Positions 47,351-56,789 of a stretch of DNA of 64,000 nucleotides are shown one piece after another (position 1 is the stretch's first letter; every line of letters begins with the position of its first letter). Below the pieces are notes generated by a model, which saw only the letters and a program-made list of their open reading frames with translations, was not told the DNA's origin and ran no database searches. This stretch comes from Anaerolineae bacterium (GTDB lineage Bacteria; Chloroflexota; Anaerolineae; JAADDB01). Location: assembly GCA_015490995.1 (NCBI GenBank), contig WFWT01000001.1, positions 10,021 through 74,020 on the forward strand. The letters are read 5' to 3'. A program made the position numbers and the translations under genes.

Positions 47351-49246
47351 TCAGAGGCCTAGGCGATCGGCCACCCAAGCAAGGCCCACCCCTTCCAGGG
47401 TGGCCCGTGTGGGGTTACCCGTGGCCACATCCCACCCGTTTAAGGCATAATATACGTCCTTTGCCTGTTCCAGCTCCGCCTCGCTCAGGCGAATACCATC
47501 GCTCTTTCCGCCTCTTAACGCTTCCTTGAAGAATCGCTTGGGCAACGTGTCCGCCTCTCGGCCAAACCCTTCCCGGGCGTTAAATGCCCGCAGGAGATTT
47601 AGACGCCGGCGTCCCACCTCCATTAACTCGTACAAGCTCACGTTCCATCCGGTGATCGCGTTAAGCGCCTCCACCAACTGTAAAGCATCGTACAGCTGCC
47701 AGGCCGGTCCAAAGACGAACTGACACACGTTGACTGTGTCCAACGCGCTGTACAACCACTGGGTGCGTACGGCAAAGGTGACCTTTTCACCGTTTAACAC
47801 CTTTGGCGCTACCGGATCCTTTAGATCCAGCGTGGCCATGCGTTCCGGATACTGCACGTAGGCAGGATCGTGCTCGCTGGACTGGTGATCTGCGCCGAAG
47901 GGGTTCACCGCGTAGATCAGGCCTAACGAGCGTTTGAGGTGGGGCATGTGTGCGGGCACTTCCTGCCCCTTGACCGCCACCACAAACTGCTCTGTACCGC
48001 GACCGATCAGCTGGGCTGCCCTGGCCGAGCCTTCCGCCAGGATGTGGCCAAAACCCTCCCGTTTGGCGATCTTCTCCACCATTTGTACCATGGCCTCCGC
48101 GTTGCCGAACCGCAGCTCCACCCCATCGGTGTCCTCCTTTGTCAACAGCCCGACCTCGAAACACTCCATGGCCCAGGCAATGGTCGCGCCACAGGAGATG
48201 GTGTCCATACCGTACATGTTACACAGCTGGTTAGCATAGGCGATCGCTTCCAAGTCATCCACGCCGCAATACGCGCCAAAGGTGGCGAGCGTCTCGTATT
48301 CGGGGCCGCCATACCGGGGATGAACCTGATACCGACCATCGGTGATCTCCACGACACGCTTACATCGGACCACACAACCATAACAGGTATCCCGCTTTTT
48401 CAGGATTTCCTCGTACATGCGTTCGCCGGAGATCTGATCGGCGCCCTCAAAGTATCCCGATTGCCAGTTCCGTGTGGGCAATCCACCGACCTTATTTTGG
48501 GGCACTGTCACTACGGCTGTGCCGAAGAGGGCGAGGCCGGCAGCGTCCGAACTATCCAGATGTTGCGCTCCCCAACGGGCCATACCCTTCAGGCGGTCCG
48601 GGTGGGCCACCTTGGGCTTCCATCGATTGGAGCCCGTGGCCACAATGGCCTTTAACCGTTTACTCCCCATGACCGCGCCCATCCCCGTTCGGCCGTTGGC
48701 CCGGTTAGCCATGTTCATGATGGCCGCAAAGCGTACCCTGTTCTCTCCCGCCGGACCAACCTGTAGCACTTCCAGCCTTTTCACCCCTAACTCTTCCTTG
48801 ATGAGGTCCTCCACCTCTCCGGTCACCCTGTCCCAGAGATGGGACGCATCGCGCAATTCCGCTTCCCCATCATGAAGCCACAGATACACCGGCCGTCGGG
48901 CTTGTCCCCGAATGATAACGGCGTCAAAACCCGCGAACTTCAGTTCGGCCGGAAAATAACCGCCACACTGCGAGTCCCCGACCATGCCTGTCAGCGGAGA
49001 TTTGGCGGCCACGGTCAGACGGGACTGTCCAGAAATCGGCACGCCGGCCATAGGCCCCACAGCCATGGCCAATACGTTCTCTGCCGCAAAGGGGTCCACC
49101 CCCGCCGGCATGTCACGCAGGAGATAATAAAGGCACAGCGCACTTCCTCCCATGTACTTGCGATAAAACGCCTCCTCGGGGATCTCCACACGGAGCTCAC
49201 CGGTGGTTAGATCGACGTGTAGGATACGGCCGTGGAATCCGTACAT
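47351..49246 (-). CDS. Aldehyde:ferredoxin oxidoreductase (tungsten/molybdopterin AOR family)
   Basis: AOR N-terminal domain (MYGFHGRILHVDLTTGE) through the conserved C-terminal cluster/pterin-binding domains (e.g. DTISCG); AGGAGG SD. Confidence 0.9.
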   Translation of the reverse strand: MYGFHGRILHVDLTTGELRVEIPEEAFYRKYMGGSALCLYYLLRDMPAGVDPFAAENVLAMAVGPMAGVPISGQSRLTVAAKSPLTGMVGDSQCGGYFPAELKFAGFDAVIIRGQARRPVYLWLHDGEAELRDASHLWDRVTGEVEDLIKEELGVKRLEVLQVGPAGENRVRFAAIMNMANRANGRTGMGAVMGSKRLKAIVATGSNRWKPKVAHPDRLKGMARWGAQHLDSSDAAGLALFGTAVVTVPQNKVGGLPTRNWQSGYFEGADQISGERMYEEILKKRDTCYGCVVRCKRVVEITDGRYQVHPRYGGPEYETLATFGAYCGVDDLEAIAYANQLCNMYGMDTISCGATIAWAMECFEVGLLTKEDTDGVELRFGNAEAMVQMVEKIAKREGFGHILAEGSARAAQLIGRGTEQFVVAVKGQEVPAHMPHLKRSLGLIYAVNPFGADHQSSEHDPAYVQYPERMATLDLKDPVAPKVLNGEKVTFAVRTQWLYSALDTVNVCQFVFGPAWQLYDALQLVEALNAITGWNVSLYELMEVGRRRLNLLRAFNAREGFGREADTLPKRFFKEALRGGKSDGIRLSEAELEQAKDVYYALNGWDVATGNPTRATLEGVGLAWVADRLGL

Positions 49247-49460
49247 GAACGCCTCCTCTTCTGTCTACCAGTGATGTCCCATATTTCCTCAAATCCATCC
49301 CCCCTCACCTGTGCCATCCTGATACATGACCACGCGCCCACACCATCGATTAATCGCCATAAAATATATTTGTGATAGGTGAGTGATATGCTAAAAGTGA
49401 GGGACACGAATGTCAAATTCAAGGCTACCTGATGGGTCAGATCCCGGAGCAGACGAGTGG

Positions 49461-52019
49461 TTATTCACGCACCCGCACGTCTGCCGGCATCCCGGCTTTT
49501 AGCAGACCGTCAGGGTTGGGCACCCGCACTTTCACCCGTACGACCATCTGCACCCGATCGGAACGCACTTGCACCGCCTTAGGCGTGAATTCAGCCTCGT
49601 CCGCAATCCACACTACCTGTCCTGGGAAAACCTGTCCTGGATACGCGTCTACCAGCACGTCCACACGCTGTCCCAGGTTAAAACGTCCCAATTCAGGCGT
49701 AGGAACAAAGATAACCAGATCCAGGGTGGAGAGGTCCCCGATAACCAAGGTCGTTACACCGGCCTGAGCTACCTCACCGGACCGGACGTCTACCGAAAGA
49801 ACGGTTCCATTGGCGGGCGCAACAACCGTGTACCGTGCAAGCTGTGCCTGGACCAACGCGAGCGCGGCTCGTGCCCGTGCGACATCGGCCTTTGCTAGGG
49901 CTATCTCCTCCGGCCGTGCCGGAGCCTCCGCCACGGCTAACGCGCTCTCAGCCGCGGTTAATCTGGCCTGGGCGACCTGGAGTTCGCCTTCTGCTTGCCG
50001 TACTTGCGCCAGCAAGGCAAGAGGTTTCTCCCGTATCTGCTGCAGGGTAGTCAACAAGCGGCGCGTGCCGGCTATTTCCGCTTCAACCGCCTGGAGGGAC
50101 GCATCCGCTGCCGCGACCTGTTTCTCGGCCATTGCGAACCGAGTACGTCCTTCATCGGTAACCGCGAAACGGTAGAAATCCCGGGTGACTTCGGCCTCCT
50201 TCTTGCGGGCGCGGGCCTCTTCCAACTGCTGTTCCAACACCGCCAGTTGCGCTTCTGTTTGTCGGATGGCATTCTCCAACGCGACCGGTTTGGCCAACAC
50301 CGCGCGAGCAGCCTCTAAGCGCGTTCGAGCTGCCGCTACCTCTGCCCGCGCTTGGTACACTCCCGCGCGGGCGAGGCGTACCTCAGCCGGCACAGGCTGT
50401 GATGCCACCTCCGCCAGGCGGGCCATGGCCGCATCAAGCGCGGCTTCGGCCTCACGCACACGCTGCACCAACGGGCCGGGCTCAAGGCGCAATAACACCT
50501 CACCGGCATTGACTGTATCCCCCTCGGTTACCGTCAGTTCCAGCACCTTAGCCGTAACCTCCGGCATAACCCGCACCTTGCGCGCCTCCAACGTGCCGGA
50601 ATAAAGGGCCTCTTCCTGCGCATTCCTATCGGTTATGAGCGGTGGTGGGGGCACGGCGGTTAAGGTCACATCCGCCGGCATGCCTGGCTTTAACATACCC
50701 TCAGTATTGGGAACCACCACATCGACCGCGTACACTAGAATTACCCGTTCTTCTCGCGTTTGCACGTTCTTGGGGGTAAATTCCGCTTCATCTGCTATGC
50801 GAACCACTTGTCCTTCAAAGGGCTGTTGTGGGAACGCGTCCACCCACACATAGACCTCTTGACCTAGGGTAAAACGGCCCAGTTCGGCTTCCGGCACATA
50901 AATGGTTAAACGCAGAGTGGTGAGATCCGCGATTTCCAGCAACGGAACGCCAGGTACGGCCACTTCCCCGGGTTCCACACTGCGCTGTACAACCCGACCG
51001 TTAAGGGGGGCGGTCAGCACATACAGGGAACGCTGTGCCACCAGGCGTGCGTGCGCCGCACGGGCGCGCCGCACATTGGCTTCGGCTGCGGCAATCGCCT
51101 CCTCACTAACCGCCTCATCCAACGCGGCCTGCTGCTCTTTTGCTGCCGCCAGCGCGGCCTCCGCCTGACGGAGCGCGGTTTCGGCTGCCACTATCGGCTC
51201 CCGTCGTGCCGGATCGTCCAGTCGTGCTCGCGCGGCCGCCAGCGCGGCTTCTGCAGCCTTCACCGCGGCCTCTGCTTGCCGGTACCGGGTCCACGCCTGC
51301 CAGGCTCGTTGAGAAGCAAGGTTCCACTGGTAGTTCACTTCGTTCAATTGCTCCGGCGGGACCGGCACGCGTTGCTGCTCTCCACCGGGCAGCGTGAGGG
51401 TAACGCCCGCGTAAGCCTGCTCCGCCGAACGACGCCACAAGTCCACCAACAAGTCTGCCGCTTGCGCTTGCGCCAAGGCCGCATCTCGCCGGTAACGGGC
51501 CTTGGCCAACTCGATCTCTGCCCGAATAATGTCTGGCCATATGTCCTGTGCGGCCTCATACACTGCTTGGGCGTCGGCAAGGGCTTGTTGTGCTGCTTCC
51601 ACAGCAACACGGGCAGCTCTCACTTCGGCTTCAGCTCGCGCGCGCTCTTCTGACCGGGGACCTGCCCGCAGCAAAGCCAGTTGGGCTTCCGCCAACCGTA
51701 CCTCCGCTGCGGCTAAAGCGATCTCTTTCTCCAGCAGGGTGGTGTCCAATTGGATAAGCACCTCGCCGGAGACCACGTTGTCTCCCTCCTCAACGGCGAC
51801 CGTCACTACCCGGGCCGGAACTTGGCTCATCACCTGCACTTCAGTAGCCTCTAACACACCGGAATACACACCGTCCTGGGCTGCTCCAGAGGACCACCCT
51901 TGCCAAATCGCCTGCCATGCCACCATGGTTGTGGAGGGTATCCAACCCTGTGCGTACGCAACGTACCCCCCCACCACCAAGACAAGCAGGGTTAACAACA
52001 CACCTATCCCCCGCTTCAT
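49461..52019 (-). CDS. Tandem-duplicated HlyD-family membrane-fusion (periplasmic adaptor) protein
   Basis: 852-aa protein with an N-terminal TM helix and two consecutive HlyD units, each with biotinyl-lipoyl, long coiled-coil and beta-barrel segments. The two halves end in near-identical GQVVxIADEAEFTPKxVQ...GMPADV motifs. Confidence 0.7.
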   Translation of the reverse strand: MKRGIGVLLTLLVLVVGGYVAYAQGWIPSTTMVAWQAIWQGWSSGAAQDGVYSGVLEATEVQVMSQVPARVVTVAVEEGDNVVSGEVLIQLDTTLLEKEIALAAAEVRLAEAQLALLRAGPRSEERARAEAEVRAARVAVEAAQQALADAQAVYEAAQDIWPDIIRAEIELAKARYRRDAALAQAQAADLLVDLWRRSAEQAYAGVTLTLPGGEQQRVPVPPEQLNEVNYQWNLASQRAWQAWTRYRQAEAAVKAAEAALAAARARLDDPARREPIVAAETALRQAEAALAAAKEQQAALDEAVSEEAIAAAEANVRRARAAHARLVAQRSLYVLTAPLNGRVVQRSVEPGEVAVPGVPLLEIADLTTLRLTIYVPEAELGRFTLGQEVYVWVDAFPQQPFEGQVVRIADEAEFTPKNVQTREERVILVYAVDVVVPNTEGMLKPGMPADVTLTAVPPPPLITDRNAQEEALYSGTLEARKVRVMPEVTAKVLELTVTEGDTVNAGEVLLRLEPGPLVQRVREAEAALDAAMARLAEVASQPVPAEVRLARAGVYQARAEVAAARTRLEAARAVLAKPVALENAIRQTEAQLAVLEQQLEEARARKKEAEVTRDFYRFAVTDEGRTRFAMAEKQVAAADASLQAVEAEIAGTRRLLTTLQQIREKPLALLAQVRQAEGELQVAQARLTAAESALAVAEAPARPEEIALAKADVARARAALALVQAQLARYTVVAPANGTVLSVDVRSGEVAQAGVTTLVIGDLSTLDLVIFVPTPELGRFNLGQRVDVLVDAYPGQVFPGQVVWIADEAEFTPKAVQVRSDRVQMVVRVKVRVPNPDGLLKAGMPADVRVRE

Positions 52020-52044
52020 GTCTTGTTCCCCCCCATAACGTCGA

Positions 52045-53007
52045 TCATCCGTCTTGGTTCGGATCAACACCCGAACTAGAACGATCTCGAATGCGCGCGA
52101 TGAACACATCTTCCAAGGAAGGTGGAATCACCAGTGCACTTCGTACAGAGATACCTGCTTCGTGCAGTCGACGTCGGATGGCTTCCTCCAGCTGGGCCAC
52201 CTCCTCCGCGACCACATGGACACGCTTGCCGTATAGAGCGACTTCATCGAAAACTCCCCATCCTTTCAACACACGCACTGCCAGTTCCGGGTGGCTGACC
52301 TCTATCTCCATCACCTCGCCGTGCATCTGAGTTGCCTTGATCTCCTGGGGTGTGCCTTGGGCCACAATACGTCCTTGATGGATAAACGCCAAGCGGTGAC
52401 AATTTTCCGCTTCGTCCATGTAGTGCGTCGTCACAAAAATGGTCTTTCCCTGGTCCACCAGCGCGTACAACAATTCCCAGAATTGACGTCGCGATACCGG
52501 ATCGACCCCTGCTGTGGGCTCATCCAGAAATAGGAGGTCAGGGTCATGAAGAATGGCGGCTCCCAGGGCCAGCCGCTGTCGCCACCCGCCCGATAACGTA
52601 CGGGTAAGGGCCCGTTCTCGTCCCTGAAGGCCGGCCATGGCCAGCACCATAGCTTTGCGTTCCCGCAACGTGCGGGGAGGCACGTTATACGCCCGGCCAA
52701 AGAAGTTCAAATTTTCTTCCACCGTCAGATCCTGATACAGGCTGAACTTCTGGCTCATATATCCGACCCGTCTGCGTACCGCGGCTACCTCTTGCGGGAT
52801 CGCGTGTCCCAGAACGTAAATGGTGCCGGCAGTGGGAGGTAACAGTCCCAGAATCATGCGAATCGTGGTAGTCTTGCCGGAACCGTTAGGGCCCAGGAAA
52901 CCAAAGATTTCCCCCCGCAAGACGTGGAACGAGATGGCATCTACCGCCGTGAATTGACCAAACCGCCGGGTTAATTGTTCAACACGAATCGCCGCCGTGT
53001 CCTTCAT
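52045..53007 (-). CDS. ABC transporter ATP-binding protein (ABC-2/DrrA-like)
   Basis: Walker A GPNGSGKTT, LSGGWRQRLALG signature, and Walker B LLFLDEPTAGVD. Confidence 0.85.
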   Translation of the reverse strand: MKDTAAIRVEQLTRRFGQFTAVDAISFHVLRGEIFGFLGPNGSGKTTTIRMILGLLPPTAGTIYVLGHAIPQEVAAVRRRVGYMSQKFSLYQDLTVEENLNFFGRAYNVPPRTLRERKAMVLAMAGLQGRERALTRTLSGGWRQRLALGAAILHDPDLLFLDEPTAGVDPVSRRQFWELLYALVDQGKTIFVTTHYMDEAENCHRLAFIHQGRIVAQGTPQEIKATQMHGEVMEIEVSHPELAVRVLKGWGVFDEVALYGKRVHVVAEEVAQLEEAIRRRLHEAGISVRSALVIPPSLEDVFIARIRDRSSSGVDPNQDG

Positions 53008-53969
53008 CGTTCGCCCCGCTCGTGTACATGTTTCAGGAGGAAAATGAAAGCTTCCTCCAGATGTGGCCGAGCCTCGAACACGGTAGCAAAGGGCACCTGC
53101 GCTTGCTCCAGCGCTGTCCGGACGGCGGGGATCACCGATGGCGGGTCGGGAACGAGCAAGCGTAACCGGTCACCATGCACCTGAACATCGAGCGCGGCGG
53201 TTACAGCACTCAGGGCCTGGCGAGCTCGACGCACCGGCAGCCGTCCATCGGCAGCCGGCTGCAGATGCACTTCCACCAACCGGCCAGGAAGCCGACCGAT
53301 GATGGCTTCCGGCGTGTCCTGAACGAGGATGCGTCCCTCATACATAAGAGCTACTTGGGCACAACGCTCCGCCTCATCCATGTAGGGCGTGCTGACCAGG
53401 ATAGTCACCCCTTCCCCTAACAGGTCGGCCAATAAGTCCCAGAACTCGCGCCGGGAAACCGGGTCTACCCCTGTGCTGGGCTCATCCAGGAGCAGCAATC
53501 GCGGCCGGTGAACCAACGCACATGCGAGGGCCAGTTTTTTCTGCATCCCACCGGACAGATGCCGCGCGCGGCGGTCACGAAACCGGTCCAAACGAGCGAA
53601 ACGCAGGAGTCGCTCAAGACGCTCGCGGCGTGCTCTCCCACGTACCCCGTGCACGTCCGCAAAGAAATTCAAGTTCTCCCAAACACTCAGGTCGCCGTAC
53701 AGGCTGAACTGTTGGGGCATGTACCCTATCTGCTCACGAATGCGCTCCGCATCACGGCGCACATCCCACCCTAACACCCGGGCATCGCCGCGCGAGGGCG
53801 GCAGCACAGTAGCCAACATCCGGATCAACGTGGTTTTGCCCGCACCATCCGGGCCAATCAGACCGAAGATCTGCCCCGGCGCGATCTGAAGGGTTACCTC
53901 CCGAACAGCCTCCACTGTGTCAAAGACTCGCGTTAGCTCGTACGTTTCAATGGCCCATTGGCGATTCAT
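53004..53969 (-). CDS. ABC transporter ATP-binding protein (second NBD, ABC-2 type)
   Basis: Walker A GPDGAGKTT, LSGGMQKKLALA signature, and Walker B LLLLDEPSTGVD. Confidence 0.85.
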   Translation of the reverse strand: MNRQWAIETYELTRVFDTVEAVREVTLQIAPGQIFGLIGPDGAGKTTLIRMLATVLPPSRGDARVLGWDVRRDAERIREQIGYMPQQFSLYGDLSVWENLNFFADVHGVRGRARRERLERLLRFARLDRFRDRRARHLSGGMQKKLALACALVHRPRLLLLDEPSTGVDPVSRREFWDLLADLLGEGVTILVSTPYMDEAERCAQVALMYEGRILVQDTPEAIIGRLPGRLVEVHLQPAADGRLPVRRARQALSAVTAALDVQVHGDRLRLLVPDPPSVIPAVRTALEQAQVPFATVFEARPHLEEAFIFLLKHVHERGER

Positions 53970-53981
53970 AATATTCCCCTC

Positions 53982-55103
53982 TCAAATGCCGCGCTTACGG
54001 AAACGGGATGCGGCCACCACCAGCAACACCACGTTAAAGAGCACCACGGCCAGCACAGCATCTTGCAACTCAGGCAGCCCAACGCCCTTCAGAATGACCC
54101 CTCGGACGATGATGAGCACGTACTTCAAGGGCACGAAGTTGCTAATAAACTGCAGCACCGGGGGCATCGCGTCAATGGGAAAGAAGAATCCGGACAGGAA
54201 AATGGACGGAAGCATGATAAAGTATGTCAAGAACATGGCCTCTTGTTGGGTGTGAGCGATGGTGCTTACCAGCAGGCCGAGGGCCAGAGAACTGAGCAGG
54301 TATAGGGCGGACAGTTCTAACAAGAGCGGCAAACTCCCTCGGATAGGCACGTCAAACCAGAACACGCCCAGAGCTAAGATCTCGAGCAAATCCCAAAACG
54401 CTACTACCACATAAGGAATGACCTTGCCGATGACCAGCTCGATGGGACGGATAGGGGTCACCACCAGCTGTTCCATTGTGCCCCACTCCCGCTCCCGCAC
54501 AATGGACATGGCGGTCATCAGCATGGTGATAAACGTTAACACCATGCCGATGAGACCCGGAATCATGAAGTTCTGCGATCGCATTTCAGGGTTGTACCAG
54601 ACCCGGACCCGCACATCTATACCCGGTTGACGTTTCGGGTCCACGCGCAATCGTTCTTCAATGAGGTCCACCGAGAGGGCCTGGCCCACGGCTTGGGCAG
54701 CCGAGAACGCTGTTTGGGCAATAGAGGGGTCAGATCCATCGATGACAAAGGCAATTTGCCCCCGTCCTGTCTTTTCCAACGTACGTCCGTAACCGGCCGG
54801 GACGATAATCCCCCCCCGTAGACGTCCTCTATCAACCTCAAAACGCAATGCGTCCGCGTTGGGCAAGTATGCTACAATAGTGAAATAGTTGGAGGCCTGG
54901 TACGCGTCCAACAACGCTCGTGACTCAGGTGTGCGGTCATAATCGACCACACCTATGGCCAGGTGTTCTACGTCGGTAGTGGCAGCATACCCTAGAAGTA
55001 AAAGCTGGACCACCGGGATGAGAAACATCACAGCGAGTGAACGCGGATCACGCTGAATGTGGCGAAACTCCTTGAGGACAACGGCCCAAATACGCCGCAG
55101 CAT
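53982..55103 (-). CDS. ABC-2 family transporter permease
   Basis: 373 aa with an N-terminal TM helix, a large periplasmic loop and 5 C-terminal TM helices, typical of ABC-2 exporters. Confidence 0.8.
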   Translation of the reverse strand: MLRRIWAVVLKEFRHIQRDPRSLAVMFLIPVVQLLLLGYAATTDVEHLAIGVVDYDRTPESRALLDAYQASNYFTIVAYLPNADALRFEVDRGRLRGGIIVPAGYGRTLEKTGRGQIAFVIDGSDPSIAQTAFSAAQAVGQALSVDLIEERLRVDPKRQPGIDVRVRVWYNPEMRSQNFMIPGLIGMVLTFITMLMTAMSIVREREWGTMEQLVVTPIRPIELVIGKVIPYVVVAFWDLLEILALGVFWFDVPIRGSLPLLLELSALYLLSSLALGLLVSTIAHTQQEAMFLTYFIMLPSIFLSGFFFPIDAMPPVLQFISNFVPLKYVLIIVRGVILKGVGLPELQDAVLAVVLFNVVLLVVAASRFRKRGI

Positions 55104-55112
55104 TGTTGCCCC

Positions 55113-55709
55113 CTACCTCCGGCGTAAGCCGTCCAGGAAGATAGCTACCACCTCGCGAACGTAAGCGGCCGCGTCCGGCAAGTCTTCGGCCAGTGCAGGA
55201 AACAGGCTACGCCCCAGGGCATAACTGTTTAACATGCCGTAGAAAGCCCGCGCGCTGGCCCGCGGGTCATGCGGCCGAAGGCGTCCCAAGGTCACCTGAC
55301 GGCGAAAGTACTCCTCCAGAAAGCGAATGAAGGTCAGCAGCCCACTATCGGCCAAGGCGGTATTCGTCTCCGGTGACCGCATGGCTTCGGCCACCACGAC
55401 TCGCAACAAGCGCACCGCTTCCGGCCGGGAGAAGGTGTCCAAGTACGCTTGAGCAAAACGCGGCAAGGCCTCCTCAGGCGGGTGTTCCAGCAAGGTGGCA
55501 TCTTCTACAATGTGGGTGAGCAGGGGGGCCAAACGTTGTAAGACCGCCCGAAAGAGCTCACTTTTGTTGGGAAAATACCAGTAAATCAAGGCAGGAGACC
55601 GGAGGCCAGCGGCTTGGGCGATGGCTTTGATGGTCGCCTGATGATACCCTGCCCGAGAGAACACCTCCAGGGCTGCATCCAAAATTTGCCGTCGTCGTTC
55701 CATGTTCAC
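55113..55709 (-). CDS. TetR-family transcriptional regulator
   Basis: N-terminal TetR HTH (ILDAALEVFSRAGYHQATIKAIAQAAG), encoded upstream of the ABC-2/HlyD efflux genes. Confidence 0.8.
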   Translation of the reverse strand: MNMERRRQILDAALEVFSRAGYHQATIKAIAQAAGLRSPALIYWYFPNKSELFRAVLQRLAPLLTHIVEDATLLEHPPEEALPRFAQAYLDTFSRPEAVRLLRVVVAEAMRSPETNTALADSGLLTFIRFLEEYFRRQVTLGRLRPHDPRASARAFYGMLNSYALGRSLFPALAEDLPDAAAYVREVVAIFLDGLRRR

Positions 55710-55923
55710 CTCTAACCACCGTCTTGATTGAACGATCAGTCAAGACGGGCGCATTGTAATCTTCACCCGTCACCGAGGTCAAATGTCCGTCAGCTTATAG
55801 CACTCCAATGGGCGATTAGTACCATAAACCCATTGTAAACCGCGCTCTTTCTCCCTACACTGAACTTGAATCATTGGCATCGCCCCCACTTACGGTATGC
55901 GGTTATTAAGACAGGAGGTAGAC

Positions 55924-56763
55924 GTGGGCCGGGAAGCGGCACAAGGCCCCAAGGAGCAAGACTTTCACACGCTACTGGCGTATATCCAGGACACATACGG
56001 CCTAGATTGTTCTCAATACAAGGAGACATTCGTCCGCAGGCGAGTGGCCACTCGTCTACGCGCGCGAGGCATACGCTCATACAAGGAATACCTTCACCTT
56101 CTGCGCAAAGATCCTCACGAACACGAACACCTGTTAGCCGCGCTTATGGTGGGGTTCACCACGTTTTTTCGCGACGCGAGCATGTTTGAAGTCCTCCGGG
56201 ACATGGTACTTACACCCCTGTTGCGCACGCAGAGCCGTCGTGGTGAGCGGCGTCTCACCGTTTGGAGCGCGGGCTGTGCTACCGGAGAGGAAACGTATTC
56301 CCTCGCCATTCTGCTGTGGCAAATGCTCGGCCCTCGCCTTCGCCGTTGGCACATACACATCCTGGGCACTGACATCGATGGAGCCGCCCTCCAACAAGCG
56401 CAAGCTGGGGTATATTCTACCTGGAGTTTTCGGGGAACCCGCTGGCCTGGACTGGACAAAGCGTTTACTTCTACACCAAAGGGATATGCCGTCATCCCGG
56501 CTATCAAATCCCTAGTACAATTTCGTTACCATAACCTGCTTGCTTCACCTCCGCCGGGACGCTTCGACCTTATCCTGTGCCGCAACGTGCTCATTTACTT
56601 CCAGCGGTCACAACAAGCCCGGTTATGTCGCGCGTTCCACAGTGCATTAGTGAGCGGGGGCACACTGGTACTGGGCAAAACAGAATCGCTCCCACCGGAG
56701 GTCAGTCCTGCCTTTGAAACGCTCCACCTAAGGGAACGGATTTACCGCAAACGAGTGAGCTAA
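55924..56763 (+). CDS. cheR: Chemotaxis protein methyltransferase
   Basis: CheR N-terminal helical domain plus SAM-MTase domain ([20 protein letters not shown]); GTG start after an AGGAGG SD. Confidence 0.85.
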   Translation: MGREAAQGPKEQDFHTLLAYIQDTYGLDCSQYKETFVRRRVATRLRARGIRSYKEYLHLLRKDPHEHEHLLAALMVGFTTFFRDASMFEVLRDMVLTPLLRTQSRRGERRLTVWSAGCATGEETYSLAILLWQMLGPRLRRWHIHILGTDIDGAALQQAQAGVYSTWSFRGTRWPGLDKAFTSTPKGYAVIPAIKSLVQFRYHNLLASPPPGRFDLILCRNVLIYFQRSQQARLCRAFHSALVSGGTLVLGKTESLPPEVSPAFETLHLRERIYRKRVS

Positions 56764-56789
56764 ACAGTAAACATGAGGAGGCCTTCACC

